Counted from the first letter of the stretch, positions 9,128-19,777 are shown. The stretch: DNA of 64,000 nucleotides from Candidatus Latescibacterota bacterium (GCA_963667175.2 CAXXXF010000004.1:64001-128000), one strand, 5' to 3'. Made by a program: numbers and translations. The notes: a model not told the origin generated them from the letters alone.

Positions 9128-10491
9128 AACGGGAGTCGTGCGACATCCTGGTGACTTCCGAGTATCACCAGCGAATCATGGAGCATCTGTTTCCCGGCGA
9201 CCGCGACGAGTACGGTGCGATTCTGCGCGCTGGCGTCGTTCGCAACGGGTCGACTATGCGCCTGCTGATTCAACATGTTCAGCCAGCGGAGTTTGGTACC
9301 GACTACGTCGCGGGCCAATACGGCTACCGGGCGCTTACTCCAACTTTCATTCACAGAGAAATCCTCCAGTGCAGAGACTTGGGCTTAGCCTACCTTGCTG
9401 TTCACAATCACGGAAGCGGCCGGAGGGTTGATTTCAGCAGCGTCGATATAGAATCCCACGAACGCGGTTATCCCGCACTCCTAGACATTGGCCGTGGGGT
9501 TCCGGTTGGCGCTTTGGTGTACGGTCGGCGCTCGGTCGCCGCAGATATCTGGCTGCCGGATGGCAGCCGTCGATCGCTCGGGACCTATCAGATCATCGGT
9601 GACAAGATTACGAGGCTTTACACCAAACCCCGCCGAGTGCGTGGGTCGAACAGCGAGCACGATCGCCAAGTGCGCATGTTCGGTGCGGCTGGACAACAGA
9701 TCCTGAAAGTGAGCAAGGTGGCTGTCGTTGGGCTCGGAGGGGTCGGTTCGCTAGTGGCGGAATACCTTGCTAGACTTGGGGTTGGGAACCTCGTACTCAT
9801 CGATCCGGACGAAATTGAGAAAAGCAACCTTTCTCGCGTGGTTGGCGCGACCCCGGTTGACGTCGAAATGGGCCAGCTCAAGACACAGATCGCGGTTCGT
9901 CATGCACGCGAGATGGCGGTTGATGCCACGCTTCAGCCGGTCGCGGCCGACGTTTCGCGTCAGTCCGTCGCCCGAGTTCTGCGCGATTGTGACTTCATAT
10001 TCCTGGCCGCAGACTCCATGCGAGCTAGGCTCGTCGTCAATGCTCTTGCCCACCAGTACCTCATTCCGACGATTCAATTGGGCGCAAAGATACGTCCAGG
10101 GCATCGTGGCAAGCTCGAAGATGCCATGTGTGCGGTACGACATATCAGGCCAGGCACCGGATGCCTTTGGTGCAATGAACTGATTGATCCGATGCAACTC
10201 GCGGTCGAAGCGAAGTCTGACAGGGAACGCACGGAACAGGCTTACGGAGTTCAGGAAGCCAACCCTAGCGTGATCACGTTGAACGCTGTCGCGGCCGCAC
10301 ATGCGGTCAATGATTTCCTATTTGACTTCCTGGGGCTCCGATCCGGTGAAGTGGAAGCAGGTTATCAGCACATCCATTTTCATCGTGGCAAGTTACAACG
10401 TGTTATTCCGCGTCGCGATCCGGAATGCAGGGAATGTGTCCACAGACTAGCCATGGGTGACGCGCTCGAACTTCCGGTAATGGAGGGATAA
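9124..10491 (+). CDS. JAB-like domain fused to ThiF/E1 adenylyltransferase (BubCD-like)
   Basis: JAB-like signature E...HNH-x7-S-x2-D. E1 motifs GLGGVGS and DPDEIEKSNLSR, with Zn pairs CLWC and CREC. Confidence 0.88.
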   Translation: MKRESCDILVTSEYHQRIMEHLFPGDRDEYGAILRAGVVRNGSTMRLLIQHVQPAEFGTDYVAGQYGYRALTPTFIHREILQCRDLGLAYLAVHNHGSGRRVDFSSVDIESHERGYPALLDIGRGVPVGALVYGRRSVAADIWLPDGSRRSLGTYQIIGDKITRLYTKPRRVRGSNSEHDRQVRMFGAAGQQILKVSKVAVVGLGGVGSLVAEYLARLGVGNLVLIDPDEIEKSNLSRVVGATPVDVEMGQLKTQIAVRHAREMAVDATLQPVAADVSRQSVARVLRDCDFIFLAADSMRARLVVNALAHQYLIPTIQLGAKIRPGHRGKLEDAMCAVRHIRPGTGCLWCNELIDPMQLAVEAKSDRERTEQAYGVQEANPSVITLNAVAAAHAVNDFLFDFLGLRSGEVEAGYQHIHFHRGKLQRVIPRRDPECRECVHRLAMGDALELPVMEG

Positions 10492-10585
10492 CGTGGTATC
10501 GAAGATGCTTGGCAGGTCGTGGCGGATTGGATAAGTCGAGAGTGTTGTAACCCCATTCGGCTACCGACCACAAGGGATACAGCCA

Positions 10586-10945
10586 ATGACTCAGCGTCTG
10601 AACTTCGACTTTGAAGCCTTCTACAGGGCACTAAGCACGACCGTGACGGCTCGAGAAGTCAGTTGGAAAGCTGTAAGCGAGCAGACTGGCGTCTCTCAGT
10701 CCACGTTGTCCAGGATGTCGAAGGGGCGGCAACCGGATGCCGCCAGCCTGACGGCGCTGTGCGCATGGTCGGGCCTCAACCCCGTGGATTTCACGACGGC
10801 GCCGAAGAACAACCCTGAACCCGTTGCCACGGTAACTAGGCTGCTCCGTGCAGACCCGAACCTCAATAAGGACGGCGCGGATGCGTTAGAGGCCATCATC
10901 ACGGCGGCCTACGAAAGGCTTAAACGGCCGTCGTCAGATCTCTAA
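10586..10945 (+). CDS. XRE-family HTH regulator (CapH-like)
   Basis: HTH segment SWKAVSEQTGVSQSTLSRM followed by a C-terminal helical extension. Confidence 0.8.
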   Translation: MTQRLNFDFEAFYRALSTTVTAREVSWKAVSEQTGVSQSTLSRMSKGRQPDAASLTALCAWSGLNPVDFTTAPKNNPEPVATVTRLLRADPNLNKDGADALEAIITAAYERLKRPSSDL

Positions 10946-11142
10946 TCTTGCTTGTCCTTGTCCGCCTGAGACGGCTTTGATGCGGCAATTCGCAGTTCGG
11001 CAGCCAATTCCTCACGCTCTCGGATGCTCTTAGCGATTTCCGGGACGGCTTGTTCCATCTCTTGGCGCAAGTCATCGAGCATGGCTTGGTCCTCCGTTGC
11101 CGGGCTGAATTTCCCCAAGTATTCCTTGAACTTTTGGTTCAT
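10942..11142 (-). CDS. Small helical hypothetical protein
   Basis: GGAGG RBS inside the upstream gene; ATGA overlap with 11139..12662. Confidence 0.65.
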   Translation of the reverse strand: MNQKFKEYLGKFSPATEDQAMLDDLRQEMEQAVPEIAKSIREREELAAELRIAASKPSQADKDKQD

Positions 11143-12662
11143 TCCTCTCCTCCAGTTTCTGCGGCTACTTCGCTCGTACTCGTGGATGCCGGTGATTCGT
11201 GGACCGGACGAAGATTGAGCTCGATCCGTGGTAGAGGTCCGAGGTTTGTGCGACTGAGGCGGATGGATGTGGGTTTCATCTCTGCCGACGTCCGATCGAA
11301 GACGTGCGCCACTTCCTCATCATGTAACAACCAGATCGGTACTTTGTCCGTTGGACTCGCGGTAGCGTCTACGATCGCCCTTGCGGCAACGTGCCCGGCT
11401 TGCCATTGCGCGACGCTGCAGTACTCGACAACCCACACGAATTTAGCCGTGTCTAAATGCATCAATAGACCGACGAGGCCGTCGCCGAGATTCGTGCGGT
11501 AGTTGCGTGCATGCTCACGAAGATTGGAGACCGTCGTGATGAAATAACGCCGTAACTCGAGCGGCTCCTGATCTGGTCCGCGCGCACGTCCCAAGGATCC
11601 CTCGACTCGTTGGCTCAAGGCGTCTATAGCATCGGCGGGGTAGAAGATTTTGTCAGGCAATGCAACGATGAACGCCTCGAACGAGTCGGCGGAATACGAC
11701 GTCTGTCCGGCTTGGGTTCCGTGCAAGTTTAGCGGAACGGTAGCATAGGGAAGTAGGTTGTCGTCCACGGTCAGCAGTGTTTCAACTTGCGTCCAGACAT
11801 GCGATAAAGAAGCCTGCTGTGGTATTGCGGTTTGCTTCCAATTGTGGCCGACGATGACTACGGCGTGGGTCTCGCTGGGCATGGCAACGAACAACGGGAA
11901 ACCCGATTCCAGATAGGCAAGCAACTGGGAGAAAAACGCCGCGTCGGAAGCGGAATTACGCTTGCCGACGAGCAACGGGAAACAGCCAGCCGCCTGAAAT
12001 ACACGTTCAGCTTCCAAGACATTGAAGCCAAGTGACGGCACCAATCCGCCAGGGTCGAACGGGGCGACGAGCTTTGTTACGTCGTGGACGAGATACTCAC
12101 GATGTCGCGAATATGTCTCGCTGTAATATCGAAGAACAGCCCAGCAAGCCACATGGGCGCACACTGCAATGTCAACATGCTGGGCCATCGAGGGGAACCC
12201 CCATACGGGTAATCGATGACCAAGCAGGTTGACGTGGTGAACTGACTGAATTGCCCTACCACGCGCGCCTAACCGAATGTCGGGAGAGAGCACGGATCGC
12301 CCTAACGTGGCGACGATAGTCGGCCTTAACACGATGTATCCGAAGTAATGGTCTTGCGGGTGGCCGTCATTAGCCACGATATCGGCCAGATCTTCGTCAT
12401 ACCTAACCGTTCCGTCGAAGAAGTGCAGACGGACACAATCTGGGCGGTACTGCCGGCCCTTCTTAGCATAGAAATTATAGAACGTGCTACGATAATCCTT
12501 GTCGACGTATCCGTGCTCGACAAGCAATCCCTTGACAGCGTCTGTTACCTGAGTTTTGAGACGCTGGGCGATGTCCTTGGGATCGAATTCCGGTTCTATC
12601 ACGTCGATAAGACGGTCGTACTTCTTGGGGGAGTCGAGATCGATCCAATCGTAGGAAGCCAA
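11139..12662 (-). CDS. Papain-like (C39-like) cysteine peptidase-fold protein
   Basis: Q-x6-C (QHVDIAVCAH), THAVVIVGH and TVDDN match the order of a Cys-His-Asp triad. Confidence 0.65.
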   Translation of the reverse strand: MASYDWIDLDSPKKYDRLIDVIEPEFDPKDIAQRLKTQVTDAVKGLLVEHGYVDKDYRSTFYNFYAKKGRQYRPDCVRLHFFDGTVRYDEDLADIVANDGHPQDHYFGYIVLRPTIVATLGRSVLSPDIRLGARGRAIQSVHHVNLLGHRLPVWGFPSMAQHVDIAVCAHVACWAVLRYYSETYSRHREYLVHDVTKLVAPFDPGGLVPSLGFNVLEAERVFQAAGCFPLLVGKRNSASDAAFFSQLLAYLESGFPLFVAMPSETHAVVIVGHNWKQTAIPQQASLSHVWTQVETLLTVDDNLLPYATVPLNLHGTQAGQTSYSADSFEAFIVALPDKIFYPADAIDALSQRVEGSLGRARGPDQEPLELRRYFITTVSNLREHARNYRTNLGDGLVGLLMHLDTAKFVWVVEYCSVAQWQAGHVAARAIVDATASPTDKVPIWLLHDEEVAHVFDRTSAEMKPTSIRLSRTNLGPLPRIELNLRPVHESPASTSTSEVAAETGGEE

Positions 12663-13032
12663 TGTGATTATTCCCCGTCTGCTGTTTCGCCCGAGAAAGA
12701 GACCGTCACCTGGTTCTCATAGTTTAAAACCCCACGAAATCGGCGGCATGGACCGAAAACTCCGAATCCGGCGCGCGGTTTCTTCTGGCATGGCGCCTGC
12801 TGGGACACCAAGTCGATGAGGCACTGCTCGCTTTCCTCGACATACCACCTGGAGGTACCCGGCCGCGTCCGCTGTTACAGTGTGGTGCGATCTTTTTCAG
12901 ACGACAATATTGAACGCGCGGGGAATGGAATGCCCCCATAATAGGTTGGAGCAGGAGATAATGCAACCGAGCACTTGACTGAGGCCGCTCCGCGAAGCTC
13001 CCGGAAACACTGCGCCTGTTCACCCATTAATT

Positions 13033-13803
13033 CTAAGGCATCCAGATGTTCCACCTGCCGTATTTTTCCCAGATTCGGCAAGTGTCGCACGTGCACATCC
13101 ACCGGAGCGCGAAACGCGGTTTGCGGCCTGTATTGAGCGATCCGGCGTGTACCAGCAGATAGTGAAAGAAGAGCACATCTCCCCGCGAAGGCCGGATCTC
13201 GATCGGTTCTCCCAGATCGAACTTCCGCGTCGGGTTCTGGAAATCAGGCAGCATGCGAAACCGTTCGGGATCCCGCGCCGCCGCCTCGCCGAGCGTCCGG
13301 TGCGACCCGGGCCAGACCACGGTCCCGCCGCCCTGCGCGGCGCCGGAATCGAGATAGGTCAGGGACGAGACGCGGAATGACCCCGGAAAGACGTTGAACG
13401 GTCGATGTTGGCCATCGGCATGCCCGCTGTGATGATTCCAGCTATCCGAAACCGGAAAGACACTGCGTGTCCAGACTGCCTCCGGCTCTGACTTCCGGCA
13501 GTGAAATGCATCCGCGTTTTCCCGGGCAAGTTGGCTCTGCGCTTCCTGGAATGCAGGAGTCCAACAGGCCATCATCGCGGGATCATCGAGTCCGAAGTGT
13601 TCAATCACCCCCTGGCTGGCGACGGTCGTCACCCCATCTGAATCGTCCGGCAAAGGAGACCACGAATCCCGATTGTCCCGGTCCATCCCAAGAACAGACC
13701 ACATCGCCGCCTCCGCATCGGCAAGGGTCTCTTCCGGAATCAGTCGCGACACCAGCACGAACCCATCCCGGTGATATTTCGACAATTGTTCCTGTGAAAG
13801 CAT
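13033..13803 (-). CDS. Phytanoyl-CoA dioxygenase (PhyH) family protein
   Basis: YHRDGF, HxD (GHADG), PGSH and GDVLFFHYLLVHAG motifs. Confidence 0.85.
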   Translation of the reverse strand: MLSQEQLSKYHRDGFVLVSRLIPEETLADAEAAMWSVLGMDRDNRDSWSPLPDDSDGVTTVASQGVIEHFGLDDPAMMACWTPAFQEAQSQLARENADAFHCRKSEPEAVWTRSVFPVSDSWNHHSGHADGQHRPFNVFPGSFRVSSLTYLDSGAAQGGGTVVWPGSHRTLGEAAARDPERFRMLPDFQNPTRKFDLGEPIEIRPSRGDVLFFHYLLVHAGSLNTGRKPRFALRWMCTCDTCRIWEKYGRWNIWMP

Positions 13804-14144
13804 GGATTACTCCCATCTATATCGAGAGAACCTCGATATATTTCAATTTCATCAAGTTCCCGGCGTCACAATCTGTTCTAACCCTTGAGACACGTTTTAT
13901 TGCCCGCCTTCAAGTCGGGTAATCGACCACTCAACGTTTGCTTGGTTTCCGACATCTTTGCTGTAACTCGATTTACTCACGATGTGCGGTTGTCAGGGAT
14001 ATCGTTGATTTTGGCTGTCATTCATCGATCTCGCCTGCGTTTGGTGACGGGATCCAGTACCTGAAGAATTCGGTGTTTTCTATAGATTTCGCTGTTGGGC
14101 TCGGTTCACTCAGCATACATCTCGGTTTTTTGACATAGATTGTA

Positions 14145-14579
14145 TCACTTCAATCGTTTTACCCGGATTGCTTTGTCGATTCCGTCAACTTTCATCTTGT
14201 ACGATCCGCCCGACTTATAGATCAGAACTTTAGGCGTATAGGAATAATGATATGTATAATAATACTCGTCTTGTTGCCATATTTGTCCGTTCCACAGTTT
14301 GACTATTGTCTCGCCATCCCATCCTTCAAAAGATCCGTCAATCTTGGATTCTATAACGCTTCCCGTTGAACTATTCTCCTGCTGGATAAACTTAAGGAGC
14401 AGATTGACAATGTATGCACGAAGAAGCTCTCGTTCGTGGGATGATAGCTTATGCAATCCCATTTTCTTCTGATCTGACTTGGAAATGAGTTGGTCAAGGT
14501 TAGGTTTCTGCGGTTTTTCTGCGAACGCCGTTCCCTGAAGAAACAAAACGATCACTACAAAAAGTGTGGTCGGATTCAT
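14145..14579 (-). CDS. Secreted hypothetical protein
   Basis: Signal peptide ending AFA; C-terminal SKIDGSFEGWDGETIVKLWNGQIWQQ domain; low GC. Confidence 0.7.
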   Translation of the reverse strand: MNPTTLFVVIVLFLQGTAFAEKPQKPNLDQLISKSDQKKMGLHKLSSHERELLRAYIVNLLLKFIQQENSSTGSVIESKIDGSFEGWDGETIVKLWNGQIWQQDEYYYTYHYSYTPKVLIYKSGGSYKMKVDGIDKAIRVKRLK

Positions 14580-15222
14580 GTGGTCCCCCGATTACCGGTC
14601 CGAAATGAAAAAACTCGCGTTGAATTGTATCTGTACATAATCTGGTTGTCAAGTAACGACGCAATTGCTAATTGAGAAATTCGGACAATCGGAAGAAAGG
14701 GCATGGTCGCGGAGATTCGGAGCGCGAGCGCATCTTTGTTGTCTGTTCTTCCGAAAGGTACGAGGTTGAAGAAACAGATGTTGTGTGTCTAAGGACCCGA
14801 ATTGACTGCATCGCGAATGCAATCGTATTCACAACAGAGATTTCGTGTGAATTAGGCCAGATTCAATAGTGAATTTGGCTTATTTTTTGTAGATTATCTC
14901 ATTGTGAATGTCTTCGTCTGAAAGGCTGAGACCTTCCACCACCTCGCGACGTTTTTGAAAAATCCGTACACATTAAACGGAGCGCAAGGTAGAAGGGAAA
15001 GATACCAAGAGTGCTGCTCAGAAGCCAGTTGAAGGCGGTAAGGAAGCAAAAGACTATTGGAAGCGACGTTCTCACGTAGACGGGCAACGTCCTCATCAAA
15101 TGAGATTTCGCGGCGACGGTCGGTGTGCCGAACTTTCATGCAATGCGATCTCAGGCTCCGATTATTACGCGACCCAATGCGGGAAAGACCCTAGCGGAAT
15201 GGCAGTTAAAAGAGAGTAACCA

Positions 15223-18200
15223 ATGATCGAGAGAACATTCCAGGATATCCCTGAGGGCAAACTCAGCGAGGCGGATCAACAGTCGTTCCTGGTCGATTTA
15301 GGTTGGTCGAGAGGGACGACATGGCTAGACCTCCTGCGCTCAAGGCGCGTGCTGATAATCTCAGAGGCGGGCGCGGGCAAGACGTATGAATGCGGTAAAC
15401 AAGCGGAGCGCATGGGGGATGCCGGTGAACCGGCGTTCTTTGTTGAACTGGCGGGCTTGGGGACGGGAGATCTCCGAAGCCTGCTAAACCACGACGAGGA
15501 AGAGCGGCTGGACGCCTGGCTTGCCTCACAGTCCGACGTCGCGACGTTCTTCCTGGACTCGATCGATGAGCTCAAACTGACCCTCGGTTCATTTAGGCAG
15601 GCCCTAAAGCGCTTGAATAATGGCATCGGTAGCCAGCTTGGTCGCGCCCGGATCGTCATTACGACGCGACCGACCTCATTTGATGAACACCTTTTGCGTA
15701 GCATTCTGCCCGTTCCTCCCTCGCCCTCGGCGTTGCCCAGTGAAGAGTCGTTCGCGAGTATCGCAATGCGCGATCAGAAGACCCAACAAGCCGAGAAAAG
15801 TGACGATCACGCCCCTCCCGATTGGCGAACCGTTGCGCTGATGCCGCTTTCCGACGAGCAGATTATCGAGTTCAGCAGCGATCAAGGTGTCGAGGACCCT
15901 GCGGCGCTCATGGACGACTTGAAGAGACGGAACGCGGAGGAATTCGCGAGGCGCCCACAGGACCTGATCGAGTTATGCGCAGATTGGCGGGAACACAAGC
16001 GCATCCGAACTCATCGTGATCAAGTGGCGGCAAATGTGCGCGTTAAGCTTCTGCACCGAGACGACCGGCACGAACCCGCCGAGCTGTCGGTTGACAAAGC
16101 CATTGAGGGTGCGAGCCGATTGGCGCTGGCGATGATGGTTACGCGCCGTATGACAATTCGACACAGTGCAGCGTCCGACGTTATCGATCAGGAAGCCGCA
16201 CTTGATCCCGTGAAGATACTGTCGGATTGGAAACCTGATGAGCGAAAAGCGTTGCTTGAACGGCCACTCTTCGGTTTTGCCTCCTACGGGCGTGTGCGTC
16301 TTCACCATCGTTCCGTGGTTGAATATTTGGCAGCAGAGCGCCTTCGGACACTTCTCGATAGGCACAGGTCGTTTCGGGCTCTCAGACGGGTGATCTTCGC
16401 GCACACAAGAGGCAAGACCATTGTCCGTCCATCCATGCGACCGATTGCTGGTTGGTTGGCGCTCGCAGAGGATAGGATGTTCGAAATGCTTCGGGACAAC
16501 GAACCTGCAGTGCTTCTAGACGAAGGTGACCCTGATGCTCTTTCTAAACCGCAACGCAGCCAAGCACTCCGTGCCTATGTGGAACGCTATGGTCAAGGAG
16601 GACGGCGAGATCTGAACGTTCCATACATCCAGGTTCATCGTTTCGCATCGCCCGAACTGGCGGACGACGTAAACAAGCTTTGGGCTATAGGTGTCGAAAA
16701 CCCCGATGTTCGGGAGACGCTCCTCTCTCTCATTGTAGCGGGACGAATCGGTGATTGTGTTGACATTGCACATGGAGTGGTGCTTGATATTCAAGCGTCT
16801 GTTGTAGAGCGGTTGATTGCTGTCGATGCAATGGTTGCGATGCGGGATTCAAGACTCAAGGGTATCGCGTGTGATTTGGCAACTGCTGATAATCAATGGT
16901 CGCACGAACTCGCATTGGGAGTCTTGTTGCGACTGTTTCCGAGAGATCTCTCTATCGATCAGTTTCTACAGACCTTGAGTTGGTTGAAAAATGGAAAGCG
17001 GAATATTCGCGAACTGAGTTGGCAACTACCCCGTCTAATCGCAAATGTCGAGCTTGACCCGGAAGACCTTAGGTCGCTTCGCGACGGTCTGCTTAAATTG
17101 CTTTCTATCGGCCTCCGCTGGCAACAAGAATGGCCACATATTGTCTGTGATCGGTCTTATCTAAGCGGCGCATTGGCCGCGGCATGCGTGCGCGGACTCG
17201 GCCGGAGGGAAACCGATGGCTGGCTGCACGCGAGCGTTCTGGCGCTTCGTTTGCAAGATGATCGCGAATACAACAGTAATGAGACGCATATTGCGCTTCG
17301 CGAGCGACTGAAGAAATTAGCTGCTGACGAGAACGCGCGCCTCTTTTGGGCGGAAGACGCTTTGCTTCAATCACTCCGTGCCATCGACGATCCCTGGCAG
17401 CGCTTCGCGGAAATTGCGTTACACGACGGACCCGTCGAGCTTCGTGCAGAGCGGGATCTGGACTGGATCAAGGAAACTCTTGGCGATACGGATCGCTCCG
17501 AAAATGACCGAGCAATGCTTTTGGAAGCGGCAATGCGCCTACGGCCAAACCAAAAACAGTGGCGAGATCATGTCACGAGTTTGAAGGCGCTGGTTGCCGA
17601 TCTGCCATGTCTCCTTGCGGTAATCGATGAGCGGCTGAAGCAATCCAAGCATGACGAAGAGAAAGAGCGCTGGAAGAAAAGGAAGGAAGTGCGCAAGAAC
17701 GAACGAGAGCGGCAGGCTGCCAAGGCCCGGGCTAGTTGGATCAAGTTCTGGCGGTTCGTCGCGGAACACCCTGACGAAGCTTTCTCCTCCAAACGTGGTG
17801 ACAACACAGCATGGACTCTTTGGCGGGTAATGACTCAAGACGGTGAAGATAGCCGTGCATCTGGGTGGAATCGGCGTTTCATTGAAGAACATTTCGGAAA
17901 GGAAACAGCGAATCGATTGCGACATGTTCTGATGAAAATCTGGCGCGAAGACAATCCCACGTTACCAAGCGAAAGACCCGAAGACCAGCGGGGAACCTAT
18001 CTCGTCTGGTGGCAGTTGGGACTTGCCGCACTCTATGCGGAGGCCGAAGATCCTTCATGGGCAAACAGGCTAACCTTGGAAGAAGCGAAACTAGCCGCAC
18101 GATACGCCCCGATCGAACTCAATGGATTGCCGAATTGGATAGAGAGTCTCGCCGACGTCCATCCAAACGCAGTGGATGCAATTCTTGGTAATGAGTTGAG

Positions 18201-19587
18201 CTGGGATCTGAAAAGAGATCCCGCCGACCACGGCCATTCAATGCTTCTGCAGAGCATCAACTTCGCATCAAATTCGGTCGCCAGACTGGTTCTGCCACGA
18301 CTTAAGGAATGGTTAGATATGGGCGGCGATGTTGGCGAAAATGTGAGCGACCTTTCTGGGGCCTCGGCGCGGCTCAGCCAGGTGATCAGCGTGATGTTGA
18401 ACCATGGCGATGAACAGACGGAAGCCTACCTACTAGCGATCGCACGTCAACGCCTCCGGGAAGACTTGTCTGAAGGACTTGCAATCGTTTGGTTGCCGAC
18501 ACTTATGCGCCTCGATCCAAACCTCGGAGTAACCGCGCTTGAGGATCGGATCCGAACGGTCGCGCCGGGAAAGCATAGCGAAGCCGTCAAATGGTTTGGT
18601 GTCCTGTTCGGAGATCGTCGTGATCCGATTGACCTTAAGGCCACTGTTTTTGCGCCGCAACTACTCTTGCGCCTGCTCCGTCTCGCATACCGGCATGTTC
18701 AGCCCGTCGACGATGTCGAGCACGATGGTCCCTATTCGCCGGACACCCGCGACAACGCGGAATACGCACGAAACAAGATTGTGAGCGCTCTGTTCGAGGC
18801 GAAAGGCGAAGAGGGCTGGGCAGCGAAGCTGGAAATGGCCAAAGATCCGCTGTGTGCACATTTCAGGGACCGAATTATAGCAGTCGCTGAGGAGCAATGG
18901 GCACAAGAGATAGACTCCGTCCCGCTCGACGAAGCGCAGGCCGTTGCGCTGGACAAATCAGGTGAAGCCCCTCCTTCAACAAACGAGGCGATGTTTGCAG
19001 TCTTGTGCGATCGTCTGAAAGAGCTCGATGAACTATTGCTAAGCGACATGTCGCCTAGAGAAGCCTGGGCAGGTATAACTGCCGAGAGGATCATGCGCCG
19101 GGTGATTGCGCGGGAGCTTAACAACGCAGCAAATGGTCTATACAAAGTGGACCAAGAGGCCGTTACGGCCGACGAAAACAAAACAGATATTCGTCTGCGT
19201 TCGGTCAGGTCAGAGCACGAAGCCGTGATCGAACTCAAACTTGCCGATAACCGGACGGCCAGCGACTTGCGAGACACAATCTATGGTCAGCTGGTCACGA
19301 AATATATGGCGGCGGAGAACAGCAAGTCAGGGTGCCTGTTAATAACACTGGCGAAAGATCGGAAGTGGAAACACCCGGAGACCGGAAAACGGATCGGTCT
19401 AACAGACCTGGTGACGCTCCTCTGTAACGAAGCCGAACGAGTGGAGAAGATGATGGGTGGCGCATTATCACTGAGCGTTCGCGTTCTAGATCTGCGTCCC
19501 CGGCTACCTGATAAGAAAACAGTTGTCATGCCCCTTTGGGGCACCCATAATGATGAAAATGGTTGCGTCAACAGACTTGTGTGGTAG
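15223..19587 (+). CDS. STAND/NACHT-like ATPase with C-terminal PD-(D/E)xK nuclease-like domain (putative defence)
   Basis: Walker A SEAGAGKT, Walker B FFLDSIDE, sensor ITTRP, HRSVVEYLAA winged-helix motif, and C-terminal KTDIRL...IELK. Confidence 0.75.
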   Translation: MIERTFQDIPEGKLSEADQQSFLVDLGWSRGTTWLDLLRSRRVLIISEAGAGKTYECGKQAERMGDAGEPAFFVELAGLGTGDLRSLLNHDEEERLDAWLASQSDVATFFLDSIDELKLTLGSFRQALKRLNNGIGSQLGRARIVITTRPTSFDEHLLRSILPVPPSPSALPSEESFASIAMRDQKTQQAEKSDDHAPPDWRTVALMPLSDEQIIEFSSDQGVEDPAALMDDLKRRNAEEFARRPQDLIELCADWREHKRIRTHRDQVAANVRVKLLHRDDRHEPAELSVDKAIEGASRLALAMMVTRRMTIRHSAASDVIDQEAALDPVKILSDWKPDERKALLERPLFGFASYGRVRLHHRSVVEYLAAERLRTLLDRHRSFRALRRVIFAHTRGKTIVRPSMRPIAGWLALAEDRMFEMLRDNEPAVLLDEGDPDALSKPQRSQALRAYVERYGQGGRRDLNVPYIQVHRFASPELADDVNKLWAIGVENPDVRETLLSLIVAGRIGDCVDIAHGVVLDIQASVVERLIAVDAMVAMRDSRLKGIACDLATADNQWSHELALGVLLRLFPRDLSIDQFLQTLSWLKNGKRNIRELSWQLPRLIANVELDPEDLRSLRDGLLKLLSIGLRWQQEWPHIVCDRSYLSGALAAACVRGLGRRETDGWLHASVLALRLQDDREYNSNETHIALRERLKKLAADENARLFWAEDALLQSLRAIDDPWQRFAEIALHDGPVELRAERDLDWIKETLGDTDRSENDRAMLLEAAMRLRPNQKQWRDHVTSLKALVADLPCLLAVIDERLKQSKHDEEKERWKKRKEVRKNERERQAAKARASWIKFWRFVAEHPDEAFSSKRGDNTAWTLWRVMTQDGEDSRASGWNRRFIEEHFGKETANRLRHVLMKIWREDNPTLPSERPEDQRGTYLVWWQLGLAALYAEAEDPSWANRLTLEEAKLAARYAPIELNGLPNWIESLADVHPNAVDAILGNELSWDLKRDPADHGHSMLLQSINFASNSVARLVLPRLKEWLDMGGDVGENVSDLSGASARLSQVISVMLNHGDEQTEAYLLAIARQRLREDLSEGLAIVWLPTLMRLDPNLGVTALEDRIRTVAPGKHSEAVKWFGVLFGDRRDPIDLKATVFAPQLLLRLLRLAYRHVQPVDDVEHDGPYSPDTRDNAEYARNKIVSALFEAKGEEGWAAKLEMAKDPLCAHFRDRIIAVAEEQWAQEIDSVPLDEAQAVALDKSGEAPPSTNEAMFAVLCDRLKELDELLLSDMSPREAWAGITAERIMRRVIARELNNAANGLYKVDQEAVTADENKTDIRLRSVRSEHEAVIELKLADNRTASDLRDTIYGQLVTKYMAAENSKSGCLLITLAKDRKWKHPETGKRIGLTDLVTLLCNEAERVEKMMGGALSLSVRVLDLRPRLPDKKTVVMPLWGTHNDENGCVNRLVW

Positions 19588-19599
19588 GTTGTTGGCCAC

Positions 19600-19775
19600 C
19601 ATAACCCTTGGCTGGTCGAAGGTCGTTTTGTAGATGGTGCTATGAGCCTGAAAAACAGTTGGACCTGGGTATCTGGAGGTATCCATTATTGTCGCCCCCT
19701 GTAAAGGGAGAGCCCGCCAAGTAGACTCTTATCCCAGCAGATACCCGACCAGCCGGATCAGACACAGGAGGCCTG
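19600..19775 (+). ncRNA. Candidate IS110 bridge RNA
   Basis: Long left non-coding end containing AAGTAG (19719-19724), identical to the element right end, and a second GTAG at 19630-19633. Boundaries are inferred. Confidence 0.45.
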
Positions 19776-19777
19776 CG

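Noticed and set aside
8450-10491. CBASS (Cap2/Cap3) or thiamine/molybdopterin sulfur-carrier operon
   Set aside because: There is no CD-NTase or effector and no thi/moa genes. The presence of an E2-like gene and the lack of a GG terminus argue against sulfur transfer.
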